In this document: piece after piece, positions 17,425 to 26,194 of the stretch
Layout: each line of letters begins with the position of its first letter
How positions within the stretch are numbered: position 1 is the first letter of the stretch
NCBI GenBank assembly: GCA_025449475.1
Contig: JANWJM010000018.1
Location: 1-36,066 of the forward strand
From: Thermoactinomycetaceae bacterium
Lineage (GTDB): Bacteria; Bacillota; Bacilli; Thermoactinomycetales; Thermoactinomycetaceae
Length of the DNA: 36,066 nt
Direction: 5' to 3'
Notes under the pieces: generated by a model
Database searches by the model: none
Told to the model about the DNA's origin: nothing
What the model saw: the letters and a program-made list of their open reading frames with translations, nothing else
Made by a program: the position numbers and the translations under genes

Positions 17425-17775
17425 TTATACTTGGTGAATTCGAATCATTTTCTGATCTTCACCCAATATCCGGAGTAATAGATGATATTCTTCAAGAAGC
17501 ATCAGTTCATAAAACTGCAAATCCTTCTTCATTTTGTCTATTTGCGCTTGCTGATCTTCGATAATTTGCTCCAATTGAACCAGTTTATTTTCAATCTGTT
17601 CCCATTTTCTTTGATCGTTTAGTAGATTCCAACGCTGGAAACATTCCTCAGGGGTACGCTGTAACTTTTGACCAATCGACAAAAACAAATATCGTAAACT
17701 CCAACCTTTTTTTCTTCCTTTTTCTACCCATTCCAGAAGTTGATCATCATCTTTTTCTGTCCATGAGGTGGACAC
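17425..17775 (-). CDS. RsfA/GerR-family Myb-like sporulation regulator, short paralogue
   Basis: GTG start after AGAGGTGA. SANT/Myb-like region W-x-EKDDDQLLEWV...GQKLQRTPEECFQRWN, then a coiled-coil tail. Confidence 0.82.
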   Translation of the reverse strand: MSTSWTEKDDDQLLEWVEKGRKKGWSLRYLFLSIGQKLQRTPEECFQRWNLLNDQRKWEQIENKLVQLEQIIEDQQAQIDKMKKDLQFYELMLLEEYHLLLRILGEDQKMIRIHQV

Positions 17776-17814
17776 AAGGGTTCACCTCTTTTCATTTCTA
17801 ACATTTACTTCATT

Positions 17815-18369
17815 CTATGTGGTTGAATCAATCTTTGTATCCGCATCTGTCTCCAATCCATTTGGTTGTTTGTCATCACTTTTCAATTGAGGGGTTAGCA
17901 TATAAAATAATTGCAATAATTCCTTATAACGTTTCTTTACTTCCTCACGATATGTGCGTAGCGACAATTGTTGTTCCTTCAGCTGCTGATTTTCCTTGCT
18001 CAGTCGCTGATATTCATCTCTTTTCTTTAACAGATCTTGGTGAAGCTGATCAACACGAGATTTTAAGGCTCGCCACTCCTGATCCACTTTCTCCAACAAT
18101 TGAATCACATGTGAAAATGAATCAATCTGAAGTTTCTTTCTTTTCTGCAGTTGCCTGTAAACCCGTTTCCGTTTCGCTTCCTGGTAGGAGACGGGATCAA
18201 TTTGCCGCAGAACCGCATTCCATCGAAAACCACAAGCCCCAGGCGTACGTCCCAACTTTTTTCCGACTTCGGCAAAAGCCTTGAGCTGTGTTCCGCCATT
18301 CCGAATTGTATCTAAAACAATCTCCTTTAATAATTGATCTTCTTCCCTTCGCCACCTTCGTCCCTTCAT
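17815..18369 (-). CDS. RsfA/GerR-family Myb-like sporulation regulator
   Basis: RRWRREEDQLLKEIVLDTIRNGGTQLKAFAEVGKKLGRTPGACGFRWNAVLRQ matches the RsfA-family signature (ACGFRWN). Long coiled-coil C-terminus. The start was moved to the ATG at 18369 (GGAAGGAG, then 7 nt). Confidence 0.87.
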   Translation of the reverse strand: MKGRRWRREEDQLLKEIVLDTIRNGGTQLKAFAEVGKKLGRTPGACGFRWNAVLRQIDPVSYQEAKRKRVYRQLQKRKKLQIDSFSHVIQLLEKVDQEWRALKSRVDQLHQDLLKKRDEYQRLSKENQQLKEQQLSLRTYREEVKKRYKELLQLFYMLTPQLKSDDKQPNGLETDADTKIDSTT

Positions 18370-18459
18370 TGAAATGCTCCTTCCACCAAGCAAAAGTCCA
18401 AAAATTATTCCTTTACTATATTTAATGAAGGTCGATTTATTTTATGACTTGAACATGAT

Positions 18460-18831
18460 TCAAAGATGAGGCAAAGGACAGACAGGAATATTTAACTTTT
18501 TTAATTCATCGCTTCCCATAATTCCTATATCAGTCGGCAATCGTCTCAAACATGTGTCCAGCCACTCCAAGATTTGATCCACTCGAACCCCATCGGTCAC
18601 TGGTGCGTAAGGAGCAAGATAACGCGCGGCCGATCGGGCTAACTTGCGCGCCCCACGTACTTTCCCCCTTCGTAATTGATGCATAATTGCTGCAATCTGA
18701 ATTAAGCCGTGATAAAAATCATTATGACGTTGCTCTTGCCACAACTCCTCTAGTACTTCATGAGCTTCCCAGTATTCTTCTTTATGATAATGATCAAAAA
18801 AAGAATGATAAAGATGATGGTACTTTTGCAC
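18460..18831 (-). CDS. DUF309-domain protein
   Basis: FFDHYHKEEYWEAHEVLEELWQ...FYHGLIQIAAIMHQLRRGKVRGA is the characteristic DUF309 pattern. GTG start. Confidence 0.82.
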   Translation of the reverse strand: MQKYHHLYHSFFDHYHKEEYWEAHEVLEELWQEQRHNDFYHGLIQIAAIMHQLRRGKVRGARKLARSAARYLAPYAPVTDGVRVDQILEWLDTCLRRLPTDIGIMGSDELKKLNIPVCPLPHL

Positions 18832-18870
18832 TAAATCTACCCCATTTCTTACAATCTTGATCGCAAAAGC

Positions 18871-18895
18871 GAAAAAGACCAGGATACCCTGGTCT
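18871..18895 (-). terminator. rho-independent terminator about 225 nt downstream of the TPR gene stop
   Basis: Minus strand reads AGACCAGG-gtat-CCTGGTCT followed by TTTTTC. Confidence 0.8.
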
Positions 18896-19117
18896 ATATT
18901 GAAAGAGGGTCAAGATTAAGGAGTTAAAAGAAGCGTGGTAGCGTAAGCAAGAAGGTCAACCTTACTTACAGGAAATATTTTATCATATTAACCGAATTTT
19001 GTCGATATATCGTTGCGGATTATTTCAACTTTTTGTCATTTCTCCCCGAATATACCAAGATAAGAAAATAAAAACAATCTTGAAACGTATGGTGGCTCCT
19101 TCCATTAAAACATCGAA

Positions 19118-19870
19118 CTATTTGGCCTTCCAACGTCTCCAAAACTGTTGAGGTTTCTCATCTCGATCCTGTTTTTTTATCAATTTTTCAAGTTCACGAA
19201 TCTGCGTACGAATGTTTTTATTTTTCGGCTCATATTTTGCCGCCAATTTCAATTGTTTCATTGCTTCATCATATTGATTTAAATGAAGAAAAAGTTGAAC
19301 GGAGCGACTATGAAAAAGAGGTTCCTCATCTTGAAATCGTTTTGCAATTTCCAAATGAAGCAAGCCTTGACTTAAACGATTCTTTTGTATAAAAACTTCT
19401 GCTAGTAACAAATGGGCTAATGCATCTTTGGGTTTGAGTTCCAACGCTCGTAACAAGTAAGTTTGCGCTAAATCCAATGATTCCTGTCTCATAAAAAAAC
19501 GCCCATATTCACGGTACGCTTTGCTAAAATCAGCATGACGTTCAATGATTGACTGATACGTTTGCTCAGCCTTCTGGTTTTCTTCCTTCGATTCTAAGAT
19601 TTGCGCAAGAAGCAAAAGGGCATCTGCATGATCGGGATCCAATTCCAACGCAGAATGGATGGCTACCTGTGCATGATCCCAATTTTGTTGTTTGGCCTCT
19701 AGATAAGCTAACTCGATATATAAGTCAATTTCGGGCTTTTTTGCAATTTTTCGTTCCAGGCGTGCACGAATCCTACGATCATTGGACGTTTGAACATTCT
19801 CCCCCATTAAATAAACAATTGAATGAGCATCGATGACAGGTCTCGCCACGTTGAATTCCTCTCCCTTCAC
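19118..19870 (-). CDS. tetratricopeptide-repeat protein
   Basis: Multiple TPR-like units, for example AYLEAKQQNWDHAQVAIHSALELDPDHADA and YLLRALELKPKDALAH. GTG start. The N-terminal boundary is uncertain. Confidence 0.8.
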   Translation of the reverse strand: MKGEEFNVARPVIDAHSIVYLMGENVQTSNDRRIRARLERKIAKKPEIDLYIELAYLEAKQQNWDHAQVAIHSALELDPDHADALLLLAQILESKEENQKAEQTYQSIIERHADFSKAYREYGRFFMRQESLDLAQTYLLRALELKPKDALAHLLLAEVFIQKNRLSQGLLHLEIAKRFQDEEPLFHSRSVQLFLHLNQYDEAMKQLKLAAKYEPKNKNIRTQIRELEKLIKKQDRDEKPQQFWRRWKAK

Positions 19871-19951
19871 CCATTTCCAAAGAAGTCGACTAATAGATGT
19901 AATTGTATCCTATTCGACAATTTTTGTCACGTATTCCCTCCGCTACGACTC

Positions 19952-20368
19952 TTACTTAAGAAGAAGTGCATGATCTACTTTAATACAGCGATCCATCACA
20001 ACGATCAATCCATGTTCTTTGGCATATTGATATGCGCGCTCGTTGATCACACCTAATTGAAACCAAATGGCCTTGGCTTTTACCTCAACAGCTTCTCGCG
20101 CGATCGGTTCAACCTGATCACTTCGCCGAAAGACATTTACAATATCAATTGGTTGATCAATCTCTTTTAAAGAAGAATAGGGTTTTTCTCCTAAAACAGG
20201 ATCAGTCAAATTTGGATTGACCGGGAAGATCCGATATCCCGCTTGTTGAAGTGCTTCAGCAATCTTATAACTCGTCCGCTCCGGTTTATTAGAACATCCT
20301 ACAACTGCAATATTTTTAGCTTCCTGTAATAGTTGGGCTCTTTCTTGATCGGAAGGATTGGTAAACAT
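19952..20368 (-). CDS. CoA-binding domain protein (YccU/YneT-like)
   Basis: IAVVGCSNKPERTSYKIAEALQQAGYRIFPVNP...VDIVNVFRR is the CoA_binding_2 pattern. SD AAGGAGGA lies 11 nt after the upstream stop. Confidence 0.9.
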   Translation of the reverse strand: MFTNPSDQERAQLLQEAKNIAVVGCSNKPERTSYKIAEALQQAGYRIFPVNPNLTDPVLGEKPYSSLKEIDQPIDIVNVFRRSDQVEPIAREAVEVKAKAIWFQLGVINERAYQYAKEHGLIVVMDRCIKVDHALLLK

Positions 20369-20379
20369 CTTTTTCCTCC

Positions 20380-21063
20380 TTATAATTCGTCTTCTTTACT
20401 TAATCCAAACATTTGTATAAAACGTTGACAAAAGTCAATCACCGAAAACTGATCAGAAACCTGACGATAATAAGCATTTTTTACCAATTCAATAGCCCAA
20501 GTCGGTATTTTTTTTCCTTTAATCATTGGATAAAAATGCTCATAGCCTTGCACAAGATATTCCCATCGTTTATCATTACCCGGTTTCATATATTCTGATA
20601 CATCGATCAACTTGGCTCTTCCATTTTGAAAAAGGACATTTTTTAAATGGATATCTCTAGGATTTAACCCTCTGCTGCGCGCATATCGACAAGCATGATC
20701 CACATCGATAATAATTTGTTTAGGGATGACGATTCCTTTTTCCAGGCATTGATAAAGTGTGGGGCCTCTCTCGTAACTAAGACACAAATAATTTTCTCCT
20801 TGAGCATAACAAGTGGCAAAATATCTTGATGATTCTAACCGCTGGTAAACTTCATATTCTGTATTTTTTTTTTCGATTCTCTGAGGAGCAAAAACCTTCC
20901 AAACATATTGCGGGTAGTCATCTAGCCGAACCACAACTGCGTCAGTCCCCGTGCCAACCAACTGCATTTTCTCGGGTATGTATTCAACTGAAACTAATTG
21001 GTTCCCTTGATGTGCTTGAAGTCGAATTTGATTGATTTGCTGCTCAACCAACCCAGTGTTCAT
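20380..21063 (-). CDS. minimal protein-kinase-like fold protein (APH/RIO-like)
   Basis: Gly-loop VGTGTDAVVV, Lys in YVWKVF, catalytic loop NPRDIHLKNVL (D-x4-N), and LIDVSE as the metal-binding Asp. The start was moved to the ATG at 21063 (GGGAGGA upstream). Confidence 0.78.
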   Translation of the reverse strand: MNTGLVEQQINQIRLQAHQGNQLVSVEYIPEKMQLVGTGTDAVVVRLDDYPQYVWKVFAPQRIEKKNTEYEVYQRLESSRYFATCYAQGENYLCLSYERGPTLYQCLEKGIVIPKQIIIDVDHACRYARSRGLNPRDIHLKNVLFQNGRAKLIDVSEYMKPGNDKRWEYLVQGYEHFYPMIKGKKIPTWAIELVKNAYYRQVSDQFSVIDFCQRFIQMFGLSKEDEL

Positions 21064-21356
21064 AAATCCTCCCAACTGTAGAACTATATTCACCATCCAA
21101 TTCCATCTACTATATGATTTGCACTACGATAAGTCAATTCTTACTGTTCTTCACCACCCTTCAATAGTTTCTATCTATCTGATTGATAGGTTTTATATCT
21201 TAGACATATATACATTCATTGTATACAATAAACGAAACCTTAGAAACCAAAGAAATAGGAAGTTTTCAGGCTCGAAATAACTATTGAGTCTCGAATCTTT
21301 CTTTTGTAGAATGATTGTCAAAACGTCTCTATACCCTATACATTTGAGGTGAACTT

Positions 21357-22796
21357 ATGAAACCAAAAACACTTTTTGAAAAGATATGGGATCGTCATGT
21401 GATCGACCAACCCGAAGGAAAGCCGGCTATCCTATATATTGATCTTCATCTCGTCCATGAAGTTACCTCCCCACAAGCCTTTGAAGGATTGCGGTTAGCG
21501 GGTCGAAAGGTTCGCAGGCCAGACTTGACCATCGCCACCATGGATCACAATGTTCCGACGACGAACCGATCCTTACCCATTACCGATCCGATATCTAAAA
21601 AACAGATGGAGACACTCGCGAAAAACTGTAAAGATTTCGGAATTCGTTTTTTTGACCTTGATAGCCCTCAACAAGGAATTGTTCATGTCATCGGACCTGA
21701 ACTAGGGCTAACGTTACCTGGTAAAACCATCGTTTGTGGAGATAGTCATACTTCGACTCATGGTGCTTTTGGAGCACTCGCTTTTGGGATCGGTACAAGC
21801 GAGGTGGAGCATGTCTTAGCGACACAATGTCTCCAACAAGCAAAACCGAAAACAATGGAGGTCCATTTTAAAGGACGTCTCCCCAAAGGCGTTACCGCCA
21901 AGGATGCAATCTTAGCGCTTATTGCCAAGATCGGTACAGCGGGTGCAACTGGATATGTGATTGAATATACCGGGGAAGCGATTGAACACATGTCAATGGA
22001 AGAGCGGATGACAATCTGTAACATGTCGATCGAAGCAGGTGCGCGTGCGGGAATGATTGCTCCCGATGAGACCACATTCCAATACCTTAAAAATCGTCCC
22101 TTTGCCCCAAAAGGGGAAGAGTTTGAGCGTGCAGTTCGAGAGTGGAAAGAACTGCGTACGGATGAAGGAGCTACTTACGATCATCGGGTAGAAATCGACG
22201 CAAGTCAAATTGCGCCTCAAGTCACTTGGGGAACGAGCCCGGGTATGGGAACCGATATCACAAAATCCGTACCTGATCCGGCATCTTTCGCTACCGAGAC
22301 GGAAAGAAAATCAGCCGAATTAGCTCTCGAATATATGGGATTAGTCCCAGGTACACCTATGACTGAAATCAAGATTGATCGGGTATTCATCGGTTCTTGC
22401 ACCAACTCTCGGATTGAAGATCTTCGTGCGGCTGCAAAAGTCGTCGAAGGATATCAAGTCGCTCCTCATGTGAAGGCAATGGTGGTTCCCGGCTCACAAC
22501 AAGTCAAAAAGCAGGCTGAGCAAGAGGGGCTTGCAGATATTTTTATAGCTGCCGGTTTTGAATGGCGTGAATCAGGTTGTAGCATGTGTCTTGCGATGAA
22601 TCCGGACGTCTTACAACCCGGTGAACGGTGTGCATCGACTTCGAACCGAAACTTCGAGGGTCGCCAAGGTCGTGGAGGAAGGACACATCTGGTCAGCCCT
22701 GAGATGGCGGCAGCTGCAGCAATCAAAGGTCATTTTACAGATATACGCGAATGGAAATATCTAGGGAAAGAGAGGGAAACTCATGCAACCACTTAG
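21357..22796 (+). CDS. leuC: 3-isopropylmalate dehydratase large subunit
   Basis: [15 protein letters not shown]..., aconitase-family Cys ligands ([15 protein letters not shown]) and NRNFEGRQG. Confidence 0.95.
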   Translation: MKPKTLFEKIWDRHVIDQPEGKPAILYIDLHLVHEVTSPQAFEGLRLAGRKVRRPDLTIATMDHNVPTTNRSLPITDPISKKQMETLAKNCKDFGIRFFDLDSPQQGIVHVIGPELGLTLPGKTIVCGDSHTSTHGAFGALAFGIGTSEVEHVLATQCLQQAKPKTMEVHFKGRLPKGVTAKDAILALIAKIGTAGATGYVIEYTGEAIEHMSMEERMTICNMSIEAGARAGMIAPDETTFQYLKNRPFAPKGEEFERAVREWKELRTDEGATYDHRVEIDASQIAPQVTWGTSPGMGTDITKSVPDPASFATETERKSAELALEYMGLVPGTPMTEIKIDRVFIGSCTNSRIEDLRAAAKVVEGYQVAPHVKAMVVPGSQQVKKQAEQEGLADIFIAAGFEWRESGCSMCLAMNPDVLQPGERCASTSNRNFEGRQGRGGRTHLVSPEMAAAAAIKGHFTDIREWKYLGKERETHATT

Positions 22797-23394
22797 ACAG
22801 GAAACCGGTATTGTTACACCCCTTGATCGTGCAAATGTCGATACCGATGCCATAATCCCCAAACAATTTCTGAAGCGAATCGAACGTTCAGGTTTTGGGC
22901 AGTTCTTATTCTACGATTGGCGGTTTGACTCAAAGGGAAATCCCGATCCCTCCTTTGTACTGAATCAAAAAAAGTATGAGGGTTCCTCGATTCTTTTGGC
23001 ACGAGAAAATTTTGGATGTGGCTCATCACGTGAACATGCGCCTTGGTCATTATTGGACTATGGTTTTCGGGTAATTATTGCTCCATCATTTGCTGATATT
23101 TTTTATAATAACTGTTTTAAAAATGGAATGCTACCAATTCGCTTAACTTCTGAACAAGTGGATCAATTGTTTCAAAAGGCATACCGGGACCAGCCCTATC
23201 AACTGACAGTCGACCTTGTAGAAAAAAGCGTCTATGATCAAGAAGGCTTAAAATTCTTCTTTGAAATCGATGAATATCGGCGCACTTGCTTATTAGAAGG
23301 ACTCGATGATATTGCGATTACTCTTCAATCGGAAGAAAAGATTGCCAAGTACGAAGAAAAACTCCCCGATTACTATGCCATTGCTGCTAAGTAG
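22783..23394 (+). CDS. leuD: 3-isopropylmalate dehydratase small subunit
   Basis: [41 protein letters not shown] and [11 protein letters not shown]. Overlaps leuC by 14 nt. Confidence 0.95.
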   Translation: MQPLRQETGIVTPLDRANVDTDAIIPKQFLKRIERSGFGQFLFYDWRFDSKGNPDPSFVLNQKKYEGSSILLARENFGCGSSREHAPWSLLDYGFRVIIAPSFADIFYNNCFKNGMLPIRLTSEQVDQLFQKAYRDQPYQLTVDLVEKSVYDQEGLKFFFEIDEYRRTCLLEGLDDIAITLQSEEKIAKYEEKLPDYYAIAAK

Positions 23395-23402
23395 AGGTCA
23401 TG

Positions 23403-23443
23403 AAAAAACAGTGTGTTTTTGCCAAAACACACTGTTTTTTTTT
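23403..23443. terminator. bidirectional terminator between leuD and bioY
   Basis: AAAAAACAGTGTGTTTT-tgcc-AAAACACACTGTTTTTTTTT is a perfect long stem. Confidence 0.92.
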
Positions 23444-23459
23444 ACGAATATGTAATCAA

Positions 23460-24065
23460 TTAACTGGATATCATTTGCTGATTCTCTTCCTTCATCCTCT
23501 TTCCTTTAGGACGCAACTCAGGATCAGCTCGATAGACAGCAACTGCTAAAATCGATCCGATCACTGCTTTAATAAGATCACCCGGAATAAAAATAAAGCA
23601 TGTTTTGGTCAGATTGGCCAAATTATAGTCCAAACCCGTTACCGCCATTAACCATGGGACACCGATCAAATAAATAAGTATAATTCCCCCTAATATATTT
23701 ACCATTAACAAATGCCAAATTCGAATTTCGCCCCGACTTGCAATTTTTTCAACAAGCCAGCCGATCAACATAGCAGCCAATGGCCAACTAAATACAAATC
23801 CCCCAGTAGGTCCTAGAAGAGCACCAATTCCACCATTTCCTCCTGCTAATAAGGGGGCTCCTATGGCGACCAAAGCAATAAAGACCATATTGCTAATAAA
23901 AGCTAAACGAGGTCCCAAAAGCAATCCTGATAACATGACAACTAAGGTTTGCCAAGTAATTGGTGCGGGTACCATGGGAACACTAATCTGACCTGACACT
24001 GCTAACAAAGCAGCAAACATTGCTGCTAAAACAAGTTGACGTACAGTCAATGGATGTTTTTTCAC
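23460..24065 (-). CDS. bioY: biotin transporter S-component BioY
   Basis: 201 aa and polytopic. BioY-type blocks PITWQTLVVMLSGLLLGPR, GPTGGFVFSWP and IPGDLIKA. GTG start. Confidence 0.92.
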   Translation of the reverse strand: MKKHPLTVRQLVLAAMFAALLAVSGQISVPMVPAPITWQTLVVMLSGLLLGPRLAFISNMVFIALVAIGAPLLAGGNGGIGALLGPTGGFVFSWPLAAMLIGWLVEKIASRGEIRIWHLLMVNILGGIILIYLIGVPWLMAVTGLDYNLANLTKTCFIFIPGDLIKAVIGSILAVAVYRADPELRPKGKRMKEENQQMISS

Positions 24066-24158
24066 AACAATTCACCTATCCTCTACCTGAATTCCTTTTT
24101 GGTTACAAAAAACCAATTCTTACCTCCCTACACCAGCATAGTGAAAGTGGGCTTCTAT

Positions 24159-24188
24159 TGTCAACCTATTTTCAATATTAGGTTGACC
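24159..24188. promoter_or_regulatory. candidate BirA operator (TGTCAACC-N14-GGTTGACC) overlapping the bioY -35
   Basis: Inverted repeat with an AT-rich 14-nt spacer, the same architecture as TGTAAACC-N14/15-GGTTTACA bioO sites. On the minus strand, TTGACA (24164-24159), 18 nt, TATGCT (24140-24135). Confidence 0.55.
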
Positions 24189-24291
24189 AAAAGAGCCGAT
24201 CTTTTGAAAAATATCGATTTTGTAGGCAAATGCCTTTCTTTTTCCTTTCATCACTACATAAGATAAGGAGCAAGTAGCAAAAGAGGTGTTC

Positions 24292-24993
24292 ATGTTTATG
24301 CATCGAAACCCCAGCAAACGCATAGCATCCTTTCACCCTGCAAATTTGTTTGTCTCCATTGTTCAAAACATACAGCCAAGTGTCGTCTCTATTCTCACAG
24401 AAGAAAGAGCAAAATCCTTAACCTTCGAATCTTCCCTCTGGGGATTTTTATTTCCGGATCTATCTCCATACCAAGAAAAGACAACCAATCAATTTGGAAC
24501 CGGATTTATTATTCATCGCAAAGGCTACATTTTAACCAATGAGCATGTCATCCATGGTGCTTCGATGATTCAAGTCCGATTACATGGCTATCAACATGCT
24601 TTTCGTGCAAAAGTTGTTTGGGCGGATTATCGACGAGATCTGGCGGTGATTCAGATTGATCCTCCTGAACCCGTCAAACCGATTCCTCTTGGCTCATCCA
24701 AACGAACTCGTATCGGGGAATGGGTAATGGCTGTTGGAAATCCATTTGGTCTGGGACTCACCTATACAGCAGGGATTGTGAGCGGAAAAAATCGTTCGAT
24801 TCGTTCGGAAGGACGTGTTTATCGAAAAGTGATCCAAACCGATGCAGCCATTAATCCTGGGAATAGCGGCGGTCCGCTCATTAATCTATCAGGTGAAGTA
24901 ATTGGAATGAATACCATCGTCATCTATCCGTCGCAAAGTATTGGTTTTGCCATCCCCGTTGAGGAGATCAAACCCCTGATACAGAAAATATAA
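24292..24993 (+). CDS. trypsin-like (S1C/HtrA-type) serine protease domain protein without PDZ domain
   Basis: Catalytic triad contexts TNEHVI, RDLAVIQI and GNSGGPLIN. The start is ambiguous between GTG 24286, ATG 24292 and ATG 24298. No N-terminal hydrophobic segment. Confidence 0.87.
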   Translation: MFMHRNPSKRIASFHPANLFVSIVQNIQPSVVSILTEERAKSLTFESSLWGFLFPDLSPYQEKTTNQFGTGFIIHRKGYILTNEHVIHGASMIQVRLHGYQHAFRAKVVWADYRRDLAVIQIDPPEPVKPIPLGSSKRTRIGEWVMAVGNPFGLGLTYTAGIVSGKNRSIRSEGRVYRKVIQTDAAINPGNSGGPLINLSGEVIGMNTIVIYPSQSIGFAIPVEEIKPLIQKI

Positions 24994-24994
24994 T

Positions 24995-25019
24995 AAGCTA
25001 CTGAATCGCTCAGTAGCTT
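24995..25019. terminator. hairpin between the protease gene and sat (bidirectional terminator)
   Basis: AAGCTACTGA-atcgc-TCAGTAGCTT, a 10-bp stem. Confidence 0.7.
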
Positions 25020-26194
25020 TATACTTTTACCTTCTCTTTCATCCCCTCAATTAAGACTTGAACCACCTCAAATCTGGAAAACTCTGGAGGTGGAGTTTGT
25101 CCGGCCAACAGCATTTTCCGTACCATGGTACCGGAAAATGTAACATGATTTTCCTGGTTATGAGGACATGTCTTATAGGAGGTCATTCCTTCACACTTTA
25201 AGCAATAAAAACTATGCTCAAAGAACAAAGGGATAATCTCTAACTCCTCTTCTCGAAATTGGCTAAAAATTTTTTGGGCATCATAGGTTCCATAGAAATT
25301 TCCCACCCCAGCATGATCACGACCAACAATAAAGTGGGTACATCCATAATTTTTTCGAACGATTGCATGAAAAATTGCCTCCCGCGGTCCTGCATAACGC
25401 ATAGCAGCAGGGAATACACCTAAGCAAACACGATCAGTTGGATAATACTTTTTCAACAAAACTTGATAACTTCTCATGCGCACTTCTGCAGGAATATCAT
25501 CCGCTTTTGTTTCTCCAACTAATGGATGTAAGAACAGTCCATCAACCGTTTCCAATGCTGCTTTTTGAATATATTCGTGTGCACGATGAATAGGATTTCG
25601 GGTTTGAAAACCAACAATCTTCTTCCATCCTTTTTGTTGAAAGATTTTTCGTGTCACTCTCGGGTCATACACAGCTTCAGAAAACAACCCTAAATCAGGG
25701 AATTGAAGCAGCCAAATAGGACCACCTATATAGATATTTGACTGCTGATAAAGCCGTGCTACTCCAGGGTGGCTTGGATCTTCTGTTTGAAAGATAACTC
25801 TTGCCTCCTGCTGCTGTTCAATAGAGTAGATACTTTTGGGCTCCATGACAGCAACTAACTGCCTATCGGGTCCATATAGTAAGAGGTGGGAAGACGATTC
25901 AATCGCTTTCACTTTTTCTCTTGGAATCGGTAGCGTGATAGGCAATGACCAGACAGTTCCATCAGAAAGGCGCATCTGTTGACAGACGGAATCATAATCT
26001 TCCCTATCCATAAACCCGCATAAAGGCGAATAAGCACCAATTGCAATTAGCAGTAAATCTGAAACTGTCACAGAGGAGACTGCCAGTTTGGGAAGGGAAT
26101 CCGTCTTTTTTAACCATTTTTCTTGATCCTCTTGTGTTAAACATCGATTGATTAGCCTGCCACCGTGAGGCGTAATCGTTTCAAACATCAACAT
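25019..26194 (-). CDS. sat: sulfate adenylyltransferase (ATP sulfurylase)
   Basis: QTRNPIHRAHEYI and GRDHAGVG motifs. 391 aa. SD GAGGGA. Confidence 0.95.
   Translation of the reverse strand: MLMFETITPHGGRLINRCLTQEDQEKWLKKTDSLPKLAVSSVTVSDLLLIAIGAYSPLCGFMDREDYDSVCQQMRLSDGTVWSLPITLPIPREKVKAIESSSHLLLYGPDRQLVAVMEPKSIYSIEQQQEARVIFQTEDPSHPGVARLYQQSNIYIGGPIWLLQFPDLGLFSEAVYDPRVTRKIFQQKGWKKIVGFQTRNPIHRAHEYIQKAALETVDGLFLHPLVGETKADDIPAEVRMRSYQVLLKKYYPTDRVCLGVFPAAMRYAGPREAIFHAIVRKNYGCTHFIVGRDHAGVGNFYGTYDAQKIFSQFREEELEIIPLFFEHSFYCLKCEGMTSYKTCPHNQENHVTFSGTMVRKMLLAGQTPPPEFSRFEVVQVLIEGMKEKVKV

Noticed and set aside
24036-24366. Track ORFs in the bioY / protease intergenic region (24036-24266, 24120-24323, 24178-24366)
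   Set aside because: They overlap the bioY promoter and operator and the protease 5' end. None has an SD or a recognisable motif.
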